Source of the DNA: Kofleriaceae bacterium | GTDB lineage: Bacteria; Myxococcota_A; Polyangia; Haliangiales; Haliangiaceae | Direction: 5' to 3' | Assembly (NCBI GenBank): GCA_025357755.1 | Contig: JANXOP010000049.1 | Span: 32,333-96,332 of the forward strand | Length of the DNA: 64,000 nt | In this document: positions 37,136 to 46,198 of the stretch, in pieces | How the letters are laid out: every line of letters starts with the position of its first letter | How positions within the stretch are numbered: position 1 is the first letter of the stretch | Program-made: the position numbers and the translations under genes | Notes under the pieces: generated by a model | Database searches by the model: none | The model's input: only the letters and a program-made list of their open reading frames with translations | Told to the model about the DNA's origin: nothing

Positions 37136-38232
37136 GCTGTCCTAGTGTCGAGCAACTCGCCGCGGCTGCTGCGGGCGAGCACGCCCGTGCCGCCGATCAT
37201 GCGCTCGCTTGCGCGGAGTGCGCGTCGCTGCTCGCGCAACAAACCGAGGTCCGCGCGCTCGGTCGTCAGCTCGTGCCGCCGAGGCTCTCGCCGTTGCGTC
37301 GCGCGAGGCTCGCGCTCGCGTACGATCCGGTCGAGGAGATCCGCTCGCTCGCCTCGCAGTTGCCACCGCCAACGCTCGAGCCGCGCCGGCGTGCGGAGCT
37401 CGCGGCGGAGACGCTCGCGCTCGCCGAAACCGTGCAGCGCCAACGCGTGCCGTGGTTCATCCTCGGTCCCGTGCTCGCGGCGGCGGCGGCGGTGGCGCTC
37501 GTGGTGGCGCTGCGAAGGGATCCGACGTTGGTCGCGGTCGCGTGGCCCGATCATGCGTGGCTCGACGCGCACGGCGCGTACCGTGGAGCTCGTGCGCCCG
37601 CTACACCGCCCGAGGCTCTGGTCCACGCGAGCTCGCCGCTCGGGCCGGTCGCGCCGATCGGCCCGAGCGGGCACGGCGATCCTTCACCGCGTGCGAGCTC
37701 GTCGCGCGTCGCGGCGAGCGTGTCGGGGAACGCCGACTACTCGCGTGATCGCGACCGCGTCGAGCTGCGTGACGGGACGATCGCGATCGATGCCCGCGAT
37801 CGATCGCCGGTTGCAGTCGCGATCGGCGACACGACGATCCACGTCAAGGATGCGCGCGTCGTGATCACCGCGGCGCATGGCGTGATCGTCTCGGCCCACG
37901 CGTTCGCAGGTTCGGTCGAGCGCACCAGCCCCGAGTCGACGACGATCATCTCTGCCGGTGAAGTGTGGACCCCGCCGGCGGCCGAGGTCGCGCTGCGCGC
38001 CTTCCGCACTGGCTGGACGGCCTTGCACGAAGGTCGCAATGCCGACGCGCTCGCCGCATTCAGTCGCGCGAGTGATCCCGTGATCTCCGAGGAAGCCGCG
38101 TTCTGGGCAGCGGTCGCCGAACAGCGGCTCGGTGACCACGAAGCGGCGGTCGCGCGCTTCAAGGCGTTCCTCGATGCCTATCCTGCCTCGACGCGCGCAG
38201 CGGCTGCGCGCTCGGCGCTCGACAAGCTCTGA
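37132..38232 (+). CDS. Anti-sigma factor: ZAS motif, single TM, periplasmic FecR-like domain, TPR-like C-terminus
   Basis: GTG overlaps the sigma stop (GTGA). HALACAEC is HxxxCxxC. TM WFILGPVLAAAAAVALVVAL. VELRDGTIAIDARDRSPVAVAIGDTTIHVKDARVVI...FAGSV...ISAGEVW is FecR-like. C-terminal helical repeats follow. Confidence 0.8.
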   Translation: MSCPSVEQLAAAAAGEHARAADHALACAECASLLAQQTEVRALGRQLVPPRLSPLRRARLALAYDPVEEIRSLASQLPPPTLEPRRRAELAAETLALAETVQRQRVPWFILGPVLAAAAAVALVVALRRDPTLVAVAWPDHAWLDAHGAYRGARAPATPPEALVHASSPLGPVAPIGPSGHGDPSPRASSSRVAASVSGNADYSRDRDRVELRDGTIAIDARDRSPVAVAIGDTTIHVKDARVVITAAHGVIVSAHAFAGSVERTSPESTTIISAGEVWTPPAAEVALRAFRTGWTALHEGRNADALAAFSRASDPVISEEAAFWAAVAEQRLGDHEAAVARFKAFLDAYPASTRAAAARSALDKL

Positions 38233-38234
38233 AG

Positions 38235-39101
38235 CTACCAGTTCACCTGTTCGCGCTTGCCACGGCCGCGACGTTCGCCCCGGCTCTCGTGAGGCGAGTG
38301 GCGATCGGAGTAAGCGCGAGCCCGCTTTTGGATCTCGGGGGCGAGTCCGAAAGAGGCGAGGTGCCCGAGCGTCGGCGAGGCGCGCTCGAGATCTGCGACG
38401 TGCATCGCGAGCACCGGATCGACAGGACGACCGTCGAGGCGAACTTCGAAGTGGAGGTGTGGGCCGGTCGCGCGGCCGGTCGAGCCGACCTGACCGATCC
38501 GTTCGCCCGCCGTGACGGTGTCGCCCTTCTTCGTCTCGATCCGACGCAGGTGACCGTACAGCGTGACGACCCCACCGCCGTGATCGACATAGATCACGTT
38601 GCCGTACCCATTCTGCCGACCCGCGAACGAGACGACACCATCACCCGCGACATCGACCGGCGTGCCGGGGTCCGACGGGAAATCGGTGCCGCCGTGAAAC
38701 TTCCAGGTGTGACGAATCGGATCGTCACGCCAGCCGTACCCCGAGCTCAGCACTTCCGGAATCGGTTGGGTCGTGAGGATCGTGATGTCGGGGATCGTGC
38801 TCGGCGTTGCCGCGGCCAAGGCGACGAGGCGGTCGGTCGTGGCGTGAAACAGATCGCGAAGCCCGAGCTCGTAGTGAACGATCGGCTCGATCAGGTCGTG
38901 CGTGAAGTGCAGATCGAACGTCGTCGCGAAGCGCGCGACCAGCATCGCGATCGAGCCGGGCACGGGCCTCGGCTCCTCGGCCGCGAGCTGGGTGGCCGCG
39001 ACCGGGGCCATCCCCGGATCGGTTGGCTCCGCGAGGGGCTTGGAGGTGACCGCACACGCACTCGACGTGACGATCGCTACCGTGAACAACACCCGATGCA
39101 T
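38235..39101 (-). CDS. M23 (LytM) family metallopeptidase
   Basis: SGYGWRDDPIRHTWKFHGGTDF, GYGNVIYVDHGGGVVTLYGHL, GSTGRATGPHLHFEV. N-terminal signal MHRVLFTVAIVTSSACA. Confidence 0.9.
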   Translation of the reverse strand: MHRVLFTVAIVTSSACAVTSKPLAEPTDPGMAPVAATQLAAEEPRPVPGSIAMLVARFATTFDLHFTHDLIEPIVHYELGLRDLFHATTDRLVALAAATPSTIPDITILTTQPIPEVLSSGYGWRDDPIRHTWKFHGGTDFPSDPGTPVDVAGDGVVSFAGRQNGYGNVIYVDHGGGVVTLYGHLRRIETKKGDTVTAGERIGQVGSTGRATGPHLHFEVRLDGRPVDPVLAMHVADLERASPTLGHLASFGLAPEIQKRARAYSDRHSPHESRGERRGRGKREQVNW

Positions 39102-39203
39102 GGAGGTCCAAGTTTTTGGCGATCAACCCCTTTGATTCAATGTAGGCATGCGGATTTTCGAGCTTATGTAAGGCAGTGCCAGATTCGTGTTGCGTGTGAG
39201 GCG

Positions 39204-39695
39204 ATGCATCATCAAGATGCCAGCGCCGTGAAATCGAGATGGCCGCTCGTCGCAGTCGCACTACTTTCTGCAACGTTGTTCGCGATCTCCGTTTGGATCG
39301 GGCAATGGTGGACGGTCGGTGAGGTCGCAGTTGGCCCCATGGGCTCGCGCCATTGTTTCAATGGTGACTGTCGCCCCGCCGGCCTCGCGTGGTTGAACGC
39401 TGGGGAGTTATGGCAGCGCTGCGCGATCGCGACGTGGGTCGGTTGCCTCGTCAGCATGGTGCTGCTTCTCGGTGTGGCCGGTGCGTATGCCGCGAACCGC
39501 ACGCCGAAGCTGATCGCCAAGAGCACGCTGACCGGGCTCGTCACCACGGCACTCGCCGGCGGGTACTTCATCGCGAAGATGCCCAGCGCGGGTGATCCGC
39601 AGCTCCAGCAAGGCGCGTACATGTTTATCGCCGCGATCGTGCTCGGCTTCGTCGCGCCGATCAAAGCGCTACGCAGCGCGAAGCCAAGGCCTTGA
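39204..39695 (+). CDS. Hypothetical 4-TM membrane protein
   Basis: MHHQDASAVKSRWPLVAVALLSATLFAISVWIG..., then three further hydrophobic helices. It is the last 163 codons of the long ORF. Confidence 0.55.
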   Translation: MHHQDASAVKSRWPLVAVALLSATLFAISVWIGQWWTVGEVAVGPMGSRHCFNGDCRPAGLAWLNAGELWQRCAIATWVGCLVSMVLLLGVAGAYAANRTPKLIAKSTLTGLVTTALAGGYFIAKMPSAGDPQLQQGAYMFIAAIVLGFVAPIKALRSAKPRP

Positions 39696-39837
39696 CCAAC
39701 GTGCGAGCTGGCCAGACCTGCACCCGGAAGCAGCGGCCGAAGTTCTAGAAGAAGCCCGAAAATTGCGCCTATGTGAAGAAATCCAAGAGGTTTGAACTGG
39801 GGGCAACGCACAACGAACGGAGCGTTGGCTTGACACG

Positions 39838-41412
39838 ATGGGCCAACCAACCGATCCTTCTCAGGTGGTGCCGCCGGAGCCCACCACAGGGGCCCCTGTC
39901 CGCGTAGGTCGGTACGAGGTGATTAGTCATCTCGCTACTGGCGGCATGGCGCAGATCTATCTGGCGCGTCAGACCGGTTTGGGTGCGTTCGAGCGCCACG
40001 TGGTCTTGAAGACGATCCTCCGCGAGCGCGCGAGTGATCAGCGCTTCGTCACGATGTTCCTCGATGAAGCGAAGCTCGCCGCGACGCTCAACCACCAGAA
40101 CATCGCGCAGGTCTACGAGGTCGATCAGGCAGACGGCGCTTACTTCATGGCGATGGAGTACGTCCACGGCGAGAACGCACGCGCGATCCTCGAGACCACG
40201 CTGCGCCGGGGTTGGACGATTCCGCTCGAGCTCGCGGTGATGATCGTCAGCGGTGCTGCCGCCGGCCTCCATCACGCACACGAACGCAAAGGCAAGCAGG
40301 GTCAGCCGCTCAACATCGTCCACCGCGATGTCACACCCGCGAACATCATGGTCGGCTTCGACGGCAGCGTGAAGGTGCTCGACTTTGGCATCGCGAAAGC
40401 CGAAGAGCGCGCGACCAAGACCGTCGGCGGCACGATCAAGGGCAAGTACGGCTACATGTCGCCCGAGCAGTGCAAGGGCAAGCCGATCGATCGCCGGAGC
40501 GACATCTTCGCGCTCGGCATCGTGCTCTACGAGCTCACCACGTTGCGCCGGGCGTTCAAGGGCAACGACGACTTCGAGACGATGAAGCGGATCGTCGCTG
40601 GCGACGTGATCCTCCCGTCGGTCGCGGTGGCGGGATATCCGCGCGAGCTCGAAGCGATCATCTTGACCGCGATGGCGAACGATCCGAATGCGCGGTTCCA
40701 GACCGCGCAAGAGATGACCGAGGCGCTCGATGCGTTCGCCGTACGCGCGAAGCTCACCGCTTCGAACACCGCGATGGGCCGGTTCATGGCGCAGCTGTTC
40801 GGCGCCAAAAAGGAACCGTGGGTCGAGCAGGCGGATCGCACGCAGATCTCGGATGGCTCGAGCAACGAGTTGGACGACTCCGAGAACGAGAAGACGATCG
40901 CGGTCGACGATCGCGTTCGCGCGCTCGACCGCGGCGTCACCGCGAACGAACGCAACCATGTCGGGCGCTCGACCGGCGGCACGCTTCCAATGCCCGCGGC
41001 CGTTCCTCTCGCGGGCGCGTCGATGATGGCGAGCTCGCCCGTGCCCTCCGATCCGAGCGCCTGGCAGGACCAGCGCGAGCAGCGCCGGCCGGCGCTGCCG
41101 TTCGAATCGCGAACGCCGGTCCCACAACCGCAGCAGGTCCCGATCACCAACATCGCGCGGCTCGGTAGTGAGCCGCTGAGCGAGCCGGGCGCCCAGCCGC
41201 TGATCGACGAGAAGCTCGGCTGGTCGACGGGCATCAAGCCGCTGCAGCACGACGGTAGCGCGACCCGGCTCCAGACCGCGGCGGCGGCGGACTACCGGCT
41301 GCACTCGAACCGTGGTTGGCTCTTGTTAATCGTCCTCATGCTCGCGGGCCTCGCTGCCGGCGTGGGCATCGCGATGCACCAAGACCACGACGCGCCAAGC
41401 GCGTCACCGTGA
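39838..41412 (+). CDS. Ser/Thr protein kinase with disordered region and C-terminal TM anchor
   Basis: GGMAQIYLA...VVLK (ATP site), HRDVTPANIMV (catalytic loop), DFGIAKA, GYMSPEQ. C-terminal WLLLIVLMLAGLAAGVGIAM. Confidence 0.9.
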   Translation: MGQPTDPSQVVPPEPTTGAPVRVGRYEVISHLATGGMAQIYLARQTGLGAFERHVVLKTILRERASDQRFVTMFLDEAKLAATLNHQNIAQVYEVDQADGAYFMAMEYVHGENARAILETTLRRGWTIPLELAVMIVSGAAAGLHHAHERKGKQGQPLNIVHRDVTPANIMVGFDGSVKVLDFGIAKAEERATKTVGGTIKGKYGYMSPEQCKGKPIDRRSDIFALGIVLYELTTLRRAFKGNDDFETMKRIVAGDVILPSVAVAGYPRELEAIILTAMANDPNARFQTAQEMTEALDAFAVRAKLTASNTAMGRFMAQLFGAKKEPWVEQADRTQISDGSSNELDDSENEKTIAVDDRVRALDRGVTANERNHVGRSTGGTLPMPAAVPLAGASMMASSPVPSDPSAWQDQREQRRPALPFESRTPVPQPQQVPITNIARLGSEPLSEPGAQPLIDEKLGWSTGIKPLQHDGSATRLQTAAAADYRLHSNRGWLLLIVLMLAGLAAGVGIAMHQDHDAPSASP

Positions 41413-41462
41413 CGACAATCTGCGACCAAAATCTCGTTTGTTGAAGCGAGGTTGGTCGTGGC

Positions 41463-43031
41463 ATGGTCGCCGCCATGGCAACCCCATCGACGACGAGCAA
41501 CGGGACGAGCAACGGGACGAGCAACGGCAGCCAAGAGCGCCTCTCGAGCTACAACCCCGCGACCGGTGACTTGCTCGGCAGCGTCGCGATCTTCAGTGCG
41601 GCGGATGTCGATGCAGCGGTCGCGCGCGCCAAGATCGCGGCCGAGACGTGGTCGACGCGCAGCTTTGCGACGCGCGCGAACGAGCTCGATGCGTTTCGCC
41701 ATGCGCTCGCGGCCGAGGCCGACAAGCTCGCGGACATTCTCCATCGCGAGAACGGCAAGCCCGAGCTCGAAGCGCTGACCGAAGTGATGATGTCGCTCGG
41801 TCACCTCAAGCATGCCGCGGGCATCGCCGAGAAGGCCCTCGCGACGAAGAAGGTCTCGTCGGGCCTGCTCGCGAACTTCCGCGCCACGATCTCGTATCAC
41901 GCGCTCGGCGTGGTCGGCGTGATCGGCCCGTGGAACTTCCCGATCAACACGCCGATGGGCTCGATCGCGTACGCGCTCGCCGCGGGCAATGCGGTGGTGT
42001 GGAAGCCGAGCGAGCTCACGCCGCTGATCGCGCTCGAGATCGAGAAGATCGCGGCACGCACGTTCGCGCTGCCGGACCTCTTGCAAGTCGTGACCGGCGC
42101 AGGTGCGACCGGCGCGGCGCTCGCGAAGTCCGCGGTCAACAAGATCTCGTTCACGGGCAGTGCCGCGACCGGCAAGCGCGTGATGCTCGCGGCCGCGGAG
42201 CGCCTCACGCCAGTGTTGATGGAGCTCGGCGGCAAGGACGCGATGATCGTCACCGACGATGCGGATCTCGAAAAGGCGGCCGAAGCCGCGGTCTACGGCG
42301 GGCTCTCGAATGCGGGCCAGGCGTGCGTCGCGATCGAGCGCGTCTATGTGAGCGACGCGATCCACGACCGGTTCGTCGAGGAAGTCGTCAAGCAGGTCAA
42401 GGAGCTCAAGGTCGGCGGCGACGACGGTCACCTCGGTGCGATGACCTCGGAAGCACAGATCCACATCATCCGCGATCACCTCGAAGATGCGGTGAAGAAG
42501 GGCGCGAAGGTCCACACCGGTGGTCCCGGCGCGATCAGCGGCAGCTATATCCAGCCGACCGTGCTCACGAACGTCAACCACGAGATGAAGATCATGGTCG
42601 AGGAGACCTTCGGTCCCGTGATCCCGATCCAGAAGGTAAAATCGATCGACGAAGCGATCCGGCTCGCGAACGATTCGAAGTTCGGCCTCGGCTCGAGCGT
42701 GTTCGCGAAGAAGTCGGCGCGCTCGATCGCGGAACGCATGCGCGCGGGCATGACGTCGATCAACTCGGTGATGGCGTTCGCCGGGATCTATGGCCTACCG
42801 TTCGGCGGCGTCGGCGATTCTGGCTTCGGTCGGATCCACGGCGAAGAAGGCATTCGCGAGTTCTCACGCGTGAAGGCGACCGCCGAGCAATCGTTCTCGT
42901 TGCCGATGAACATGATGAGCTTCCGCCAGAAGGGCGACATGCCGAAGCAGCTGCGCGGCATGATCAAGAACCTGTACGGCGATGGCATCATCTCGAAGGC
43001 CGGCGATCTTCTCCGCAAGATCCGCATTTGA
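41463..43031 (+). CDS. NAD(P)-dependent aldehyde dehydrogenase family protein
   Basis: GPWNFPIN, VVWKPSELTP, FTGSAATGKRV, LMELGGKDAMIV (catalytic Glu), NAGQACVAIERVYV (catalytic Cys), EETFGPV. Confidence 0.9.
   Translation: MVAAMATPSTTSNGTSNGTSNGSQERLSSYNPATGDLLGSVAIFSAADVDAAVARAKIAAETWSTRSFATRANELDAFRHALAAEADKLADILHRENGKPELEALTEVMMSLGHLKHAAGIAEKALATKKVSSGLLANFRATISYHALGVVGVIGPWNFPINTPMGSIAYALAAGNAVVWKPSELTPLIALEIEKIAARTFALPDLLQVVTGAGATGAALAKSAVNKISFTGSAATGKRVMLAAAERLTPVLMELGGKDAMIVTDDADLEKAAEAAVYGGLSNAGQACVAIERVYVSDAIHDRFVEEVVKQVKELKVGGDDGHLGAMTSEAQIHIIRDHLEDAVKKGAKVHTGGPGAISGSYIQPTVLTNVNHEMKIMVEETFGPVIPIQKVKSIDEAIRLANDSKFGLGSSVFAKKSARSIAERMRAGMTSINSVMAFAGIYGLPFGGVGDSGFGRIHGEEGIREFSRVKATAEQSFSLPMNMMSFRQKGDMPKQLRGMIKNLYGDGIISKAGDLLRKIRI
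41493..41528 (+). repeat. 3 x 12-nt tandem repeat at the ALDH 5' end
   Basis: ACGAGCAACGGG ACGAGCAACGGG ACGAGCAACGGC encodes TSNG TSNG TSNG. Confidence 0.85.
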
Positions 43032-43789
43032 TCACGAGGGACGGTGAACGGCTCGCGCAGATCGCGGGCACGCTGGGCACCGCGATCCGAGCGGCGCAAG
43101 CCGGCGAGCGCGTGCGGCTGCCCGTGCTCCAGGCTGCGGATGCGGCGGGACTGGTGATGGTGATGCACGCGCAGCTCGATGTGGCGATCGAAGCGCGCAG
43201 CGCCGAGGCCGCCGAACGAGGGTTGACGATCGCGTGCACGGAGGGGTGCAGCGCTTGCTGTGCGTCGCCGCTGCTGGTCTCCGAAGGTGAAGCGGTCGCG
43301 GTGGCCGCGTGGCTCGGCGAGCAGCCCGAGATCCGCGCGCAGTTCGCGGCAGCGTACCCGGCGTGGAAGAAGGCGGTTGGCAGCGCGGGCCCTGCGCTCG
43401 AGAAGGCGCGCACCGACGAAGCGCGCACCGCGGCGGCGATGGAGCTTCGCAAGCAGCACGTGATGTGCGCGTTCAATCGCGGTGGTTCGTGCACGATCTA
43501 CGAGGCGAGGCCGGCGCGCTGTCGCAAGGTTCACGCCCTCGAGACCAACGTGGCGTGTGGCCCCGAGGGTGACGGTAAGGTCCAGTATTTCGAGCATCTC
43601 CGGACCGAGGCGACGTTCGAAGAACAGGAGCCGATGCGCGGCGCGTTGCACCATGCGCTACGCCCGAACGCGGGCCTCGAGCTACTTTGCTCCTCGGTGC
43701 ATCGGATGATCACGGCCCGCGTGCCGCGCAATGCGCCGTGCGCGTGTGGCTCGGGCAAGCTCTCGAAGCACTGCTGCGCGCGCGCGTAG
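43028..43789 (+). CDS. YkgJ-type CxxCxxCC cysteine-cluster protein with C-terminal SEC-C metal-binding motif
   Basis: CTEGCSACC, then CAFNRGGSCTIYEARPARCR, and C-terminal PCACGSGKLSKHCC (SecA-type SEC-C). Start uncertain: TTG 43028 (TTGA overlap with the ALDH stop), GTG 43154 or ATG 43157. Confidence 0.65.
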   Translation: MITRDGERLAQIAGTLGTAIRAAQAGERVRLPVLQAADAAGLVMVMHAQLDVAIEARSAEAAERGLTIACTEGCSACCASPLLVSEGEAVAVAAWLGEQPEIRAQFAAAYPAWKKAVGSAGPALEKARTDEARTAAAMELRKQHVMCAFNRGGSCTIYEARPARCRKVHALETNVACGPEGDGKVQYFEHLRTEATFEEQEPMRGALHHALRPNAGLELLCSSVHRMITARVPRNAPCACGSGKLSKHCCARA

Positions 43790-43867
43790 CCCACTCCTTC
43801 CCCACCGTGGTTTTGAACGGCTGATCTGCAACTCGTGCCGCGCACGTTCTACTCTGTCGAGTAGCCC

Positions 43868-44662
43868 CTAGTTACGGCACGACGTGTCGGAGCCCGGGCA
43901 TTTGAAGCGAACGTGGATGTGATTGTTGTGGTTCGGGATGTGCCGGACCAGCGCATCACTGGCACCGCGGCTCGGGTACTGGAACAGGTGCTCGAGGATC
44001 GTCTCGTCCTCGCCGTGATCCTTGGCCCAGTGATAGAGCAGGCCCTGGACGTTGTAGTCGAGGAAGATCACCTGCGCGCCGCCGTCTTCTTTCGCGGTCT
44101 CGGCGAATTCGTTGACCAGCGCATACGTCGCTTCGCAATCGAGGTTGTCGGCGGTCGCGGGGATGAAGTCCTCGGGAAAGCTCGCGGGCTTGGATTTGTA
44201 GACGAGGCCGATATCGACATCGCGGCCGGACTGATGCGAGCGGTGCTGCGTGATCTGACCGCCGGACTCCTGCGAGATGTCGCCGACCGCGAACACGTGC
44301 GCCTCGGGAAACTGCTCGCGCAGATCGGTGATCGCGTGATGGATGAACTCGACGGTGGTCTTGGTGCCGAACGCGCGATACGGCCGGCGGATCACGTAGC
44401 CATCACCTTCTGCGAGCTGGGTCGGATCGTGGAGCTTGCCTTGCCACGGTTGGCCGAGGCTCTGGCCTTCGATCGGCCCGCGGATCACGTAGGCGGCGCG
44501 GATCCGCGGTGCGCTACCCTTGGCGGGCTCGTGGAAGCGCGCACGCGCCGAGCGCTTGGCTTTTTCTTTCGAGGCGTGGTGCGCCTCGCGTTTGGGTTTC
44601 GCCTCTGCGCTAGCAGTAGCGGCAAGAACGAGCGAGCACGCAACGATCGCAAACGAACGCAT
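43868..44662 (-). CDS. Penicillin-insensitive murein endopeptidase-like (M74/MepA-like)
   Basis: Signal MRSFAIVACSLVLAATASA. HRSHQSGRDVDI and HNNHIHVRF match the MepA Zn-ligand motifs. Confidence 0.75.
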   Translation of the reverse strand: MRSFAIVACSLVLAATASAEAKPKREAHHASKEKAKRSARARFHEPAKGSAPRIRAAYVIRGPIEGQSLGQPWQGKLHDPTQLAEGDGYVIRRPYRAFGTKTTVEFIHHAITDLREQFPEAHVFAVGDISQESGGQITQHRSHQSGRDVDIGLVYKSKPASFPEDFIPATADNLDCEATYALVNEFAETAKEDGGAQVIFLDYNVQGLLYHWAKDHGEDETILEHLFQYPSRGASDALVRHIPNHNNHIHVRFKCPGSDTSCRN

Positions 44663-44757
44663 GAACCCCACGACGAGTATCGTGCCGATCCGCGCGTACG
44701 CGAGCCAATTTTCGGCGGCGATTGTTTGAGCACCAAATGGTTTACCTGCGCAGCTGG

Positions 44758-45792
44758 TCAGTGCTTCGCGGCGCGACACCGCTCGGCGAGGATCTTCGAG
44801 ATCGGCGTGAGGTCGTCCTGCAGGGTCTTCGCGAAGTCGCGGCGCGAGAGGGTCTTGCCTGCGCGGAGCAGCGAGGCGAGGTCACCACAGGCGCGATGGG
44901 CCAGCAGGATCGGCGCGGCGCCGCCGTTATATACGCGCGATTCGGTGAGCGACGCGTTGTTCGGCCGCGTCCGTAGCTTCAGGTCGTCGACGAGCTCGTC
45001 GATGATCTTCGCCTTCTCGGCGAGCTTCTTGGCGCGGGGCAACGGGCCCTCGTAGACCTTCTTGAGCGCCTCGTACGCGGCCAGGGTCCGCACGGTCCGC
45101 GGATAGTGAAGTGCCTGGCCGAGCGTCCACGCGAGCTCCTCGGGGGAGCCCGGGCCGAAGTGGATCTCGATCCAGTGATCGGTCAACGCATCGGCGATAT
45201 ACGACGCGAAGCTCTCGTTGAAGAAGGGCTCGTCGGGTACGAGCACGGTCGCGTGGACGGACTCGTGGAGGATCACGTTCGCGAGCTCCGGCAGGGCGTC
45301 GTCTCCACCGCCGAGCATGGTCGAGAGCACCGGATCGGGGAACCAGCCGCCGGTCGAGTACGCCGACGCAGGGCGCACGATCGCGTCGTAGCCTTCGCTC
45401 TCGAGCTTCTGCTTGAACTCGATCGCATCCTGTTGATCGAACCAGCCGAGACCCGCGAAGCAGCCGACGATCGGAAAGCACCAGCGCCGCGGCTTGAATG
45501 CAACCGGATCCGCGGCGCCCGTGAACCAGACGGCGGCCGGGCGGCCGAGCATCGCGTACGCCTCGTAGTTGCGGCGGATGCGGAGGCCGTAGCTGCGGCC
45601 GTACGTCTTGATCTCGGGGATCTCGGCGAGCATCATCGCGGTGCGCAGCGGCGTCGCCGGATCGTCGATGACGTCCTCGATCGGCTTGGCCTTGCCGAGC
45701 AGCTCGAACTGGCCGTGCGCCGCTTGCGCGACATACGTGGTGTAGAGGCAACCGGAGCCCAGGGCCGCGCAGAGGGCGAGCGCGAGCTTCAC
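44758..45792 (-). CDS. Predicted aminopeptidase lipoprotein (DUF2265-like, HExxH)
   Basis: GTG 45792 overlaps the HIT stop (GTGA). VKLALALCAALGSGC lipobox. VILHESVHAT zinc motif. The overall pattern is as I recall for the 'predicted aminopeptidase' family. Confidence 0.7.
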   Translation of the reverse strand: MKLALALCAALGSGCLYTTYVAQAAHGQFELLGKAKPIEDVIDDPATPLRTAMMLAEIPEIKTYGRSYGLRIRRNYEAYAMLGRPAAVWFTGAADPVAFKPRRWCFPIVGCFAGLGWFDQQDAIEFKQKLESEGYDAIVRPASAYSTGGWFPDPVLSTMLGGGDDALPELANVILHESVHATVLVPDEPFFNESFASYIADALTDHWIEIHFGPGSPEELAWTLGQALHYPRTVRTLAAYEALKKVYEGPLPRAKKLAEKAKIIDELVDDLKLRTRPNNASLTESRVYNGGAAPILLAHRACGDLASLLRAGKTLSRRDFAKTLQDDLTPISKILAERCRAAKH

Positions 45793-46190
45793 AGCTTGCT
45801 CGCGATCGCCTTCGCGAGCTCCGCGCCATCCTCGAGCGTGCCGGTCGGCCAGCCGACACCGAGCCCGCTGGTGTCGTCGAGCTTCGGGATGATGTGGAAG
45901 TGGACGTGGAACACGGCCTGATGCGCCATCGCGCCGTTGTTCTGGAGCACGTTGAACGCCGTCGCGCCGGTCGCGGCCAGGACGGCGCGTGACAGGCGAG
46001 GTAACACGCGGCCGATCGCGGCAGCGGCTTCGTCGGACAACTGGTCCAGCGTCGCCGCTGCTTCTTTCGGGATCACGAGCGTGTGTCCGCGCGCGACAGG
46101 TCCGATATCGAGGAACGCGAGGACGTGCTCGTCCTCGTAGATCTTGTGGCAGGGAATTTCGCCTCGGATGATCTTGGCGAAGATCGTCAT
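45789..46190 (-). CDS. HIT family (histidine triad) nucleotide hydrolase
   Basis: IFAKIIRGEIPCHKIYEDEHVLAFLDI...GHTLVIPK...HVHFHIIP. Confidence 0.9.
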   Translation of the reverse strand: MTIFAKIIRGEIPCHKIYEDEHVLAFLDIGPVARGHTLVIPKEAAATLDQLSDEAAAAIGRVLPRLSRAVLAATGATAFNVLQNNGAMAHQAVFHVHFHIIPKLDDTSGLGVGWPTGTLEDGAELAKAIASKL

Positions 46191-46198
46191 GCCCCAGC

